From Candidatus Woesearchaeota archaeon (GTDB taxonomy: Archaea; Nanobdellota; Nanobdellia; SCGC-AAA011-G17; PNOQ01), in assembly GCA_964393215.1 (NCBI GenBank), contig CAYMSW010000003.1, positions 1-45,843 on the forward strand: a stretch of 45,843 bases of DNA, read 5' to 3'. Made by a program: the position numbers and the translations under genes. The notes beneath the pieces are model-generated. The model made no database searches, was not told the origin of the DNA, and saw only the letters and a list, made by a program, of their open reading frames with translations. Positions 36,306 to 44,750 of this stretch are shown here, piece after piece (positions within the stretch are counted from its first letter, which is position 1; every line of letters begins with the position of its first letter).

Positions 36306-37330
36306 CATTTCAGAGACCACTTTTTTGGTAGAAGTAATGATAGCCAAGGTTGAGCAGTCAATTGTTTACATGTAAGGCAGGGGCCACTCTTCATCGACCA
36401 GATGGCCATTTGTCTACGCCATTTGAGGAAGCGCTCCGAACCATATATGGACAACAAATTGCCACCCGAACCATTTGAATGACCTATGATAAACTTTTCA
36501 TGTTGATCAAGATCACCACGCAAGTTACAGCATGGCATGACTGTGCCATCATAATCCATTGTAAAGTTGTGAAAAATCTGCATGCATGGTGACGTTCTCT
36601 TGAAATCTTTGTCACGAAGATCGGTCAACGTTCCTCCACGATCAAAACCCTGTTTACCGTAGTTTACGCAATTGGTCGTTATTGACATCGATACTCCGTA
36701 CAATACCGTGGAAAGGGAATTTTTTTCCACGTATAAATCACCGCACTTCAAACCAAGCTTTCGGGCAACTCTGTCGATTTTCTCTTCTGCCAACCTCTGA
36801 TTCCAGTTTTGTTGTTTGCCGAGGTAAACACTAATATGTAAACGATTCAATCCCTTCTTTGCCAATTGGCCTAGTAGTGCTTTATCGAGAAAATCTCCAT
36901 TGGAGATAATCATGGTGGTCGCTTTCGGGCAGATCTTTCTTGCAAGTGAAATCATCTCAAGAATCATCTCTGGCTTATACAGCGGTTCCGAGTATCTTGA
37001 AAAACGGATCTGTCCTGCATAATCCATATCCGCAAGTTGATGCAAACAACTATCATAGAGTTCCATTGGGAAAAAGTCACAATTATTATTTTTGTGACGC
37101 GCCACCAAAATATTCGAACAGAAATCACAGTTTCTGTTGCAATAATTATGAGGCTCTAGTTCAAAAATCCGTATATGACGTACAAATGTCTCTGATAGGC
37201 GTTTTTCATCCAAATTGTCTTGGAATAGGCTTTTATCTTTTAGTTCTCTATGGAAGCTATTCCATATTCGCCAGTGATCCAATTTGGACAGAAAGGTACT
37301 TTTCATTCGAGTTATAATGTTTCTTGTCAT
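36305..37330 (-). CDS. Radical SAM enzyme with C-terminal SPASM/twitch-type auxiliary cluster region
   Basis: CNRNCDFC (CX3CX2C) in LEPHNYCNRNCDFCSN. C-terminal CMQIFHNFTMDYDGTVMPC (CX12GX4C), then GPCLTCKQ. ATG start. Confidence 0.8.
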   Translation of the reverse strand: MTRNIITRMKSTFLSKLDHWRIWNSFHRELKDKSLFQDNLDEKRLSETFVRHIRIFELEPHNYCNRNCDFCSNILVARHKNNNCDFFPMELYDSCLHQLADMDYAGQIRFSRYSEPLYKPEMILEMISLARKICPKATTMIISNGDFLDKALLGQLAKKGLNRLHISVYLGKQQNWNQRLAEEKIDRVARKLGLKCGDLYVEKNSLSTVLYGVSMSITTNCVNYGKQGFDRGGTLTDLRDKDFKRTSPCMQIFHNFTMDYDGTVMPCCNLRGDLDQHEKFIIGHSNGSGGNLLSIYGSERFLKWRRQMAIWSMKSGPCLTCKQLTAQPWLSLLLPKKWSLK

Positions 37331-37377
37331 TTGGATTGTTTATAATAAAAACGATATCAACAGGTTTCGAATGCCCA

Positions 37378-38613
37378 TCATAATTGTTTCAATCCGATCT
37401 CATTTGGCATAGAAAATGAAAGTGGACTATTAGCAGAACCTTCTATTTTCTCTTCTAATGAAGTAAGATTTACTTTTTTTAAAAAACTGCCCGGTTGTGC
37501 ATTTCTGATAATGTCAAGCACACACCGCGCCATAAAAACTTCGCTGGGATGCATGCCGTCAAACATACACGTATCCTCCATTTCATAAAAGGATGGGTCA
37601 ATTGCAGCAATACATGGTATTTGATTTTGCATTAGAATCTTTGGTAACTCCTTTTTGTATTTTTTCCATACATTGCTCGTGTGTTTGTTACTTTCTAGTT
37701 CTTGTAACACTTCCGTTGAAAAAGGCGGCATAAAAGTATAAACTTCAATTCCTTTTTTTGCTAATGAATTAAGAGAATCAATCAAGACGCTAATGAGAAT
37801 GGGGTCCGGTCCTGTCAAATAGCCAGGTCTCTTTACACGAACGATGACCGGTGGTACCTCTCGGTCCCTATAAAATGGATTAGTAATGAAATCTAATAGA
37901 ATCTTAGGATCATACTGTCTACTACCATCCGAACGGAATCCTCTACCCTCTTGAATTGCTGCAATTCCGATGGAAGGAAAACCGAAATAAGGAGATTTCG
38001 ACCTCCAGCCTTTAAAAACGGCATCCCAGGGTACATCTTCCTGTTTACGTATGAAATTCAAACCAATTCTGAGGTGATCTGTAAATTCTGGCAACCAGTC
38101 CAGGAACTGCCATTTTTCAAACCTGTTCTTGGGAGACCGCATTTTGTTGAACCACCATGGATCTATTCCAAGGATAACCACTTTAGGTTTGTGATTTTTT
38201 CCGGTAGTAATATATTCGCAATATGATTTAAATTCGTATACATTTCGAACCAATCCACCATAATTATAGACTACGTGCTCAAGCGGGTTAAACATAAAAT
38301 CACGAACCTGCATAACCCTGGAACTGCCCAATACAACAATATCCGCATGTTTATTTTTTAGAACTTGTCTTTTATAATAGAAAAAATTGTGTGAAATATA
38401 CTTTCTACCATATAAAAATTCTTTCATTCCCATTTGCTTAAATGCGACAAGAGCCACCGGCCATGATTCACCGGTCCTGAAAAGTGAAAATTCAAATAAT
38501 CCAATCAAAACAAAAAGTGGGAGAAAAAAAACTGAAACTCTGACGCTGAAATTAAACAGCCCATGTTTTTTAGAATTGGAAATAGATAAATGGGACATTA
38601 TTCGAAACACCAT
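37378..38613 (-). CDS. DltD-like membrane-anchored SGNH-type acyl-transfer protein (partner of the MBOAT)
   Basis: N-terminal TM (VRVSVFFLPLFVLIGLFEF). Motifs: DIVVLGSSRVMQV (compare DltD YGSSEL), VVILGIDPWWFNK (compare B. subtilis DltD VSPQWFNKKG, from memory), and C-terminal FDGMHPSE (D..H). The start is ATG 38613 or 38598, and either overlaps the MBOAT 3' end by 44 or 29 nt. Confidence 0.55.
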   Translation of the reverse strand: MVFRIMSHLSISNSKKHGLFNFSVRVSVFFLPLFVLIGLFEFSLFRTGESWPVALVAFKQMGMKEFLYGRKYISHNFFYYKRQVLKNKHADIVVLGSSRVMQVRDFMFNPLEHVVYNYGGLVRNVYEFKSYCEYITTGKNHKPKVVILGIDPWWFNKMRSPKNRFEKWQFLDWLPEFTDHLRIGLNFIRKQEDVPWDAVFKGWRSKSPYFGFPSIGIAAIQEGRGFRSDGSRQYDPKILLDFITNPFYRDREVPPVIVRVKRPGYLTGPDPILISVLIDSLNSLAKKGIEVYTFMPPFSTEVLQELESNKHTSNVWKKYKKELPKILMQNQIPCIAAIDPSFYEMEDTCMFDGMHPSEVFMARCVLDIIRNAQPGSFLKKVNLTSLEEKIEGSANSPLSFSMPNEIGLKQL

Positions 38614-40000
38614 ATTTAAGAATCAGGGCAATTATCATATAATAAATGAACCACCTGACCCACAATGGCAAATAGGCTATATCTAGGCCATGTGCACGTT
38701 TTCTGTTAACCCATTCAATACCAAACAATAAAATTGATGATAGAACAAACTGTCTTGTGGGTAGTGATACAATATCCCATCTTCCATCTACTAGGCGATT
38801 GAGCATTCCTGTGGCTTGACTCATTGTCTGTGCTCGAAAAAAAATCCAGGCAAATGTAACGAAGGTAAAGGTGATGGTGATTTGGCATAGTTCTCTTAAG
38901 GATGGTATTCCTGTTTCCTCAGCAACAACATTGGAATGCCCGTAAAAACCTGGAATTAAACGAAATGTGAAATATAAAGTACCATGAATCAGTCCCCATG
39001 CGATAAACGTCCAATTCGCGCCATGCCAAAGTCCACTCACGCCGAATGTTATTAATACGATTCCAATCCATCTCAATCTTCCCACTCTATTACCGCCGAG
39101 CGGAATATAGACATAATCGCGGAACCAGGTTGAAAGAGATATGTGCCATCTCTGCCAAAATTCAGAAAGACTTCTAGCGAAATAGGGATTGTTAAAATTT
39201 CTACGAAGGTTAAAACCCACTAAACGGGCAGATCCAATGGCAATATCTGAATAACCTGAAAAATCACAATAAATCTGAACCGCAAAACAAGAAGAACCAA
39301 TAACAATATCCAAACCACTCAGATCGTGATAACCCTCGAAGGCCAATTCAACAAATACTGACAGGTTATCGGCGATTACCGTTTTTTTAAAAAGCCCCCA
39401 CAATATCTGTCTAAGACCATCTTTTGCATGGGAAAGATTAAATTTGCGTTCACATTTGAATTGAGGCAACAAATGTTTGGCACGTTCAATAGGCCCGGCG
39501 ACTAATTGGGGGAAAAAAGCAACAAAGGCAAAGAAAGCCAATGGATCTCTCGTTGGTTTAATTTGCCGACGATAAATATCAATTGTATAGCTCAGGGTTT
39601 GAAAAGTATAAAAACTGATCCCAACGGGAAGAATTATATTCAACGAGGGGATATTTGGCTCAATACCTGCCCGTGAAAGAAGTTGAGCAAATGAATTTAC
39701 GAAAAAACCAAAATATTTGAATATGAATAGGAGGCCTATATTTACGGAAACGCTAATCAACAAAAGCAATTTCCTTTTTGGGGATTCAATTTCATTTTCC
39801 AGTTTGATTCCAATGATATAATCGGTCACAGAGCTTATTAATATTAAGCTTAAAAAACGAGGATCCCACCACCCGTAAAAGACATAGCTGGAGAAAAGAA
39901 TAAACGCATTTTGTATTTTAACTGTCCTATACTGGATCAACCAGTAAACAATGAACACAATCGGCAGGAAAATTGCGTATGCGATAGAATTGAAATACAT
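38570..40000 (-). CDS. MBOAT-family membrane-bound O-acyltransferase (AlgI/DltB/PatA-like)
   Basis: MYFNSIAYAIFLPIVFIVYWL is a typical N-terminus. It carries the invariant-His motif FWQRWHISLSTWFRDYVYIPLGGNR and is multi-TM throughout. ATG start. Confidence 0.9.
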   Translation of the reverse strand: MYFNSIAYAIFLPIVFIVYWLIQYRTVKIQNAFILFSSYVFYGWWDPRFLSLILISSVTDYIIGIKLENEIESPKRKLLLLISVSVNIGLLFIFKYFGFFVNSFAQLLSRAGIEPNIPSLNIILPVGISFYTFQTLSYTIDIYRRQIKPTRDPLAFFAFVAFFPQLVAGPIERAKHLLPQFKCERKFNLSHAKDGLRQILWGLFKKTVIADNLSVFVELAFEGYHDLSGLDIVIGSSCFAVQIYCDFSGYSDIAIGSARLVGFNLRRNFNNPYFARSLSEFWQRWHISLSTWFRDYVYIPLGGNRVGRLRWIGIVLITFGVSGLWHGANWTFIAWGLIHGTLYFTFRLIPGFYGHSNVVAEETGIPSLRELCQITITFTFVTFAWIFFRAQTMSQATGMLNRLVDGRWDIVSLPTRQFVLSSILLFGIEWVNRKRAHGLDIAYLPLWVRWFIYYMIIALILKYGVSNNVPFIYFQF

Positions 40001-40099
40001 TTAAAGTTACACAATCGCTATTGAAATTATCATTTGGAAGCTATCGATATATACGAACTTTACTCAACCTTTAAGGTGATTTAATCCCAAATGTTACAA

Positions 40100-40128
40100 A
40101 TATTAAAAAAGTGTTCTCATGTGGTAAA
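40100..40128 (-). promoter_or_regulatory. Candidate sigma70-type promoter (TTTACC-N17-TAATAT on the minus strand) upstream of the MBOAT gene
   Basis: -35 is rc of 40123..40128. -10 is rc of 40100..40105. It lies in the 140-nt gap between 40141..41859 and the MBOAT start at 40000. This is pattern matching only. Confidence 0.25.
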
Positions 40129-40140
40129 TCGGATTTGGCG

Positions 40141-41859
40141 TTATGAATACAATGTCTGTGTTTCCGTTGAGCGGAGAGGCATGCAGTTTGTTGGAAAATC
40201 CACTAATTGATAATTAAAGGATATCTCCTTGACAGATCTTGTATAGATTGTGAAATTGCCGTTTGATTTCAATTTGTCAAACTGATCTTTGGTGCCTGTA
40301 ATTTCTAAAGCTTTTCTCAGCATTGCATCGTTATCATTTCGAATGACAATATATCGGGCATTATTTAATACTTTTTTTAACCATTTTTCATTTTCAGGGA
40401 AATAGCGATCTTTTGTTGTCGGCACCATATAAAGAGGCAATCTTTGAAAACAATATACGTTTTCAAACTCATAGAATGCCTGATAGGCCGGATAATCGGT
40501 GACAATAGATGTGTAATATGGATCAATTTTATTCCTTAAATCCCAAACAAGGGATGCATCAACACCCCTTTTCTTAAAAGTCGTATATAATTGTGCAGGT
40601 GAACTATCGAACAAAAACAAAGATAAGAAGCCTACGGTGCTGAGGACCATGCAAAACCGGATGATCCAGCGCCTGCTCAGTATCTCCAAATGACGAAAAA
40701 GGAACAGCGCGAGCAAACAGAGCGTGAAAAACAGATGCCACCTGGGACTGGTGAAGAATTGTTTTAAAAACACGGTATCGCCACCACCCAACTCCAGGGC
40801 TAATAACTGGACGAAAACAGCCAAAGCAGGGAGCAACACCAGGGATACCGAAATCCATTTTTGGTGCCTGTGGTTTTTGGGAAATTTTACGATCCATATG
40901 AATAAAAGAGCGGCTGCCATGAATGCACTGGCCATCACAAGAAAAATCAGATGGTGAAGGAATCTCTTACACAGAGCAAGCAGGTGGGGATAGCCTGCTA
41001 TCCATTTATAAATAATCGGCAATCCAGGAATTCCCCCGTAAATGCTCCAAGGGAACTGGGCCCATTTGTAATAAATCAAGGTAACAATCAGTAGTAAAAA
41101 CCAGTTCGCCGCCAAAAAAAAATAAAAGCCGGACTCTTTTGACCCTCTGGCCCTCAGCCCCCCCAGGGCTATAAGAAATCCGGCGATAAAAAGTCCCTCT
41201 TCCCTCGCCATCAGACAGAGGGCATTTGCCATCAAAAAAATTTCGATACGGTTTTTTTTGTACAGAATGGCGATAAACAGAAGCGCGGACATCGGTGCCA
41301 ATAAGTTGTAGGAGCGGAGGTCATATCCCACCGCCGACCAAGTTGTCGGCCACAAGAGATAGGTAAGAGAGACCCAGAATACCGGGATTTGATCCTCCCG
41401 AGACATATTTTGGGATGCCGAGCTGTAGAGGTAAGACGGAACCGAAAACAGAATCGCCGAAATAAAGGCGAATACAAAGAAAATGTTTCCACCCAAAGAA
41501 TACAACAATGCGTAGATATATTTGGACCCAACGAAATGGATCGTCTTGTGGAATCCCCCTTCCCCCTCGACGCCATGAAATCCGAACATATTACGACCGT
41601 TGGGATTCAACGAATAGCGATTCGTAAGGTTCTCGTCCCCCAGTTTAGCAGCAAACTGGGCATAGAAAGCATAATCCTTCTGTTGAAATCCCAGAGCCCT
41701 TTTTTTTTCCGATACAAAAACCAGCGAAAGACAAAAAGCGATAATGGAGATCACCAATATCCATACTTTTTTTGACCGCCACATAGATTGATCAAGGTTC
41801 ATGAAGAAAGGCTTGATGATGTCAGTTAAATATCCCGGATGAATTTTTTGTCGACGCAA
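40141..41859 (-). CDS. Polytopic membrane protein, DUF2079-like / GT-C-like (tentative)
   Basis: 572 aa. After TM1: KDYAFYAQFAAKLG...GGFHKTIHFVGSKYIYALLYSL, reminiscent of the DUF2079 pattern D.g.f.Q ... H..p....l.P. About 12 hydrophobic spans follow, then a soluble C-terminal roughly 130 aa. The start is uncertain: TTG 41859 in the track, with in-frame ATGs at 41802 and 41784. Confidence 0.5.
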   Translation of the reverse strand: MRRQKIHPGYLTDIIKPFFMNLDQSMWRSKKVWILVISIIAFCLSLVFVSEKKRALGFQQKDYAFYAQFAAKLGDENLTNRYSLNPNGRNMFGFHGVEGEGGFHKTIHFVGSKYIYALLYSLGGNIFFVFAFISAILFSVPSYLYSSASQNMSREDQIPVFWVSLTYLLWPTTWSAVGYDLRSYNLLAPMSALLFIAILYKKNRIEIFLMANALCLMAREEGLFIAGFLIALGGLRARGSKESGFYFFLAANWFLLLIVTLIYYKWAQFPWSIYGGIPGLPIIYKWIAGYPHLLALCKRFLHHLIFLVMASAFMAAALLFIWIVKFPKNHRHQKWISVSLVLLPALAVFVQLLALELGGGDTVFLKQFFTSPRWHLFFTLCLLALFLFRHLEILSRRWIIRFCMVLSTVGFLSLFLFDSSPAQLYTTFKKRGVDASLVWDLRNKIDPYYTSIVTDYPAYQAFYEFENVYCFQRLPLYMVPTTKDRYFPENEKWLKKVLNNARYIVIRNDNDAMLRKALEITGTKDQFDKLKSNGNFTIYTRSVKEISFNYQLVDFPTNCMPLRSTETQTLYS

Positions 41860-41891
41860 CGAAAGTTCAAATGAAATGGACCGATCTGGTT

Positions 41892-43229
41892 TTATATCCC
41901 CAGCCGTTTTGATTGAAGGGACTGAAACTTATTGTGCGAATCGAATCGATGTTTGAATGCAATAAAATCCCGAGCCTTCGAATAGCTTCCAAAAAACATT
42001 CCCTCGCTCATGCGCGCATCTTTGGTCAGGTACAACCGCCCTCCGAAATCAAGTACTATACGATCGAGAATATCGAGAAAACTGAATAGATCCCGCGTAA
42101 TGGGAAGATCCAACGTTAGCGTGTAGCCTCTCATTGGGAATGAGATGGGATTGTCGGAGGCATTCCCAAACAGTTTTAAAACCGCCAGGAATGATCCCAT
42201 TTTATACTTCTTGACCAAGCTTAATACCTCGGAAAGGCCCTCATGACTGCTTTCTTTAGGTAGAACCAGCTGGTACTGGGTAAATCCCCTTTTTCCATAC
42301 AACCGATTCCAGTTACCGATAAAATCCAGTGGATAAAAATAGGTGTCGTAGTCCAGAAGGCGATGTTCGACCTTGGAACGTTGTTTCCGATAGAAAAGCT
42401 CGTTGAATAATCGAATGGAAAGAGCGTTCAGGGTCTGATCGGGCAAGGCAATGGGGATATTGATAGTTTTTTTTCTCTGGAAGTCCAAGGGACCACTTTC
42501 GGATACCGTCATATCGATATCCCTCAACGATGCGTGCTCACCAAGTAGTAAAATGCTGCGTCCGATATCCGTTCCCATTTGTAAGCAGTCGATCCAGGCG
42601 ACTGAATAGGTGGTATCTTCCAGCGCTTCAAAAAGACGCATGGTTTCTTTGAGGTTTTCGGTCTGAATCGCAGTCTGCCGGATGAAACAGGTTTCAATTT
42701 TTTTCAGCCGGATGGTTGCACAGACGATGATACCGGTGAGTCCCATGCCACCACATGTACTTTTAAACAATTCGATGTTATGGGTTTTGGAGCAAGTCAC
42801 CACCTCTCCATCACTTAACATCACCTCCATCGATAGAACATGATCTGTAAAAGAACCGGAATTGTGGTGATTTTTTCCGTGGACATCGGACGCGATTGCG
42901 CCTCCGACGGTGATGAATTTAGTCCCGGGTGTAACCGGCAGAAACCAGCCTCTGGGCATAAAAGTATCAATTATTTTCTTCAGGCATACACCGCTCTCGC
43001 AGTTCAACAGTCCGGACTGTTCATCAAAAGATAGAAAATGCCGGAAACTTTCGGTGGATATGATGGTGTGATTCAGGGATGAATCTCCGTAACAACGCCC
43101 CATTCCCCTGGCTATGCACTGATCCATTTGCCATAGAAGTTCTCGCAACGCCTCTACAGAGCGAAAATGTGATAGTTCCGCCTGAATCACCGGGTAATTC
43201 CCCCAGTTGGTTATTTTCTTGATTGGCAC
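41892..43229 (-). CDS. FAD-dependent oxidase of the DprE1 (decaprenylphosphoryl-beta-D-ribose 2'-oxidase) family
   Basis: Colinear, from memory, with M. tuberculosis DprE1. Pairs (this protein vs DprE1): NWGNYP vs [16 protein letters not shown] vs [37 protein letters not shown] vs [64 protein letters not shown] vs [40 protein letters not shown] vs FGGRLYTAKDSR. GTG start 43229..43227. Confidence 0.9.
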   Translation of the reverse strand: [445 protein letters not shown]

Positions 43230-43281
43230 TTTAAATCATCACCGTAAAACTGCAGTAAACGTTTGCACTTCGATCCGCCCA

Positions 43282-44748
43282 TTATGCGAATGTGTTTAAC
43301 CTTCGTTTCAGCGTAACCTTCAGCATTTTCAAAGCGGTTTTCATTTTGGCATAGTGATTTACCGAATGCTTGGACTCTCCACCAAGCCGCTTATAATAGC
43401 TAACGGGGATCTCGATTATTCTTTTACGGCAAATCAACATGGCGATCATCATCTCCGTCGAAAAACCGGGTCCGTCGTCTTTCAAATAAGGCAGAATATC
43501 ATGATAACTGGATTTCCATATGGCGCGGTAGGTACATCCCACATCTGTAAAACGGGGTTCCTGCCCCCACCAGAGAAATTCGATAAATTTTCCAAAAAAC
43601 ACATTGGCCCAGCGTGTGATGGAGTCCATATTGGCACCCTGCTCGATCATCTGCCTGGTTGTACGTGTCCCGATGGCCATGTCACAGTCCTTTACATACT
43701 CAAGCAGTTTAGACAGATCTTTGGCCTTGAAGCTGCCATCGGCTTCCGTCAATACGACGATGTCCCCTCGGGCCGATTTCAACCCCCGGCGCAGGGCACA
43801 TCCGTAGCCCTGTTTCGTTTCACGAATCACTTTGGCACCGGATTTCACCGACAATTCGTGGGTTTTGTCCCGGGAATTGTTATCCACTACCAACACCTCA
43901 TCCACTTGCGGATGGTTTCTATAGTCTTCAATCACCTGGACAATGGTGGCCTCCTCATTGTAGGCGGGAATCACAAGACTTACGGTCGTTTTGTCGAAAT
44001 TCACATTGCGTATAAAATAGTTGGCAAGGTTGCAGTCCTCCCTTGTTGCAATATTTGTATAATCAAGATCCAAAGTGCAGTAAACGAGGGTTTCCGTTTT
44101 TGCCATGTTGGAAAGGGCGTCCGTGATTTCCACCTCGTTTCGCAGGTTTGACCTTTCGGTCCTTGTCAAAAAATTGAAGACTTTGTCAGTGAGCAGATAG
44201 GTACCCATGCCCATCAAGTCTGTGTTTGGATTCTCGGGCTTTTCTATAAGCTGTTGGACTTTTTCGCCATCGAACCGGCCGATATAATTTCGGCTCACCA
44301 CCCGGGGGTCCTTCTCCCGTTTGAAGGTCAAAACGCCGGCAACGTCCTTGTTTTTATATTCGAGCAATCGAAAATGATCGGATCCCAGGTATAGCTCATC
44401 TCCTAGCATCACAACGAATGCACAGCCCAGCAAGTCCTGTTTCGTCTGGAGAAGGGCATGACCGATTCCTTTTTGCTCAGTCTGTTTCCGGTAAATGAGT
44501 TTTACACCCATGGGCCTCGCGTCAAAATACCGAACAATCTGGTCCCCCAGATATCCGATAACCACGATGATTTCTTGGATCTTTAGCTGATCCCTCATGA
44601 TCTCGATATTCCGCTCGATAAGGCTCTTGCCCCCAACCTGCATCAGAACTTTGGGAATATATTTTGTTGACGGATAGGCTCGCACCCCCTTTCCAGCCGC
44701 CAAGATGACGCCTTTCCAATCAGTATTGAGGTTTTTTGATTCCGACAT
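43282..44748 (-). CDS. Fusion protein: sugar-1-phosphate nucleotidyltransferase domain (N-terminal) + DPM1/GtrB-like GT2 domain (C-terminal)
   Basis: N-terminal: GVILAAGKGVRAYPSTKYIPKVLMQVGGKSLI...KGIGHALL...VVMLGDELY (RmlA/GlmU-type NTP_transferase). C-terminal: VSLVIPAYNEEATI, VLVVDNNSRDKT, GYGCALRRGLKSARGDIVVLTEADGS, and an amphipathic basic tail KMKTALKMLKVTLKRRL. ATG start 2 nt after the upstream stop. Confidence 0.8.
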   Translation of the reverse strand: MSESKNLNTDWKGVILAAGKGVRAYPSTKYIPKVLMQVGGKSLIERNIEIMRDQLKIQEIIVVIGYLGDQIVRYFDARPMGVKLIYRKQTEQKGIGHALLQTKQDLLGCAFVVMLGDELYLGSDHFRLLEYKNKDVAGVLTFKREKDPRVVSRNYIGRFDGEKVQQLIEKPENPNTDLMGMGTYLLTDKVFNFLTRTERSNLRNEVEITDALSNMAKTETLVYCTLDLDYTNIATREDCNLANYFIRNVNFDKTTVSLVIPAYNEEATIVQVIEDYRNHPQVDEVLVVDNNSRDKTHELSVKSGAKVIRETKQGYGCALRRGLKSARGDIVVLTEADGSFKAKDLSKLLEYVKDCDMAIGTRTTRQMIEQGANMDSITRWANVFFGKFIEFLWWGQEPRFTDVGCTYRAIWKSSYHDILPYLKDDGPGFSTEMMIAMLICRKRIIEIPVSYYKRLGGESKHSVNHYAKMKTALKMLKVTLKRRLNTFA

Positions 44749-44750
44749 GA

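Noticed and set aside
43354-44151. 265-aa plus-strand ORF antisense to the NTP-transferase::GT2 fusion gene
   Set aside because: Same reasoning: it is embedded in a strongly supported minus-strand CDS, and I saw no motif and no RBS. Long antisense ORFs are expected in the GC-richer blocks.
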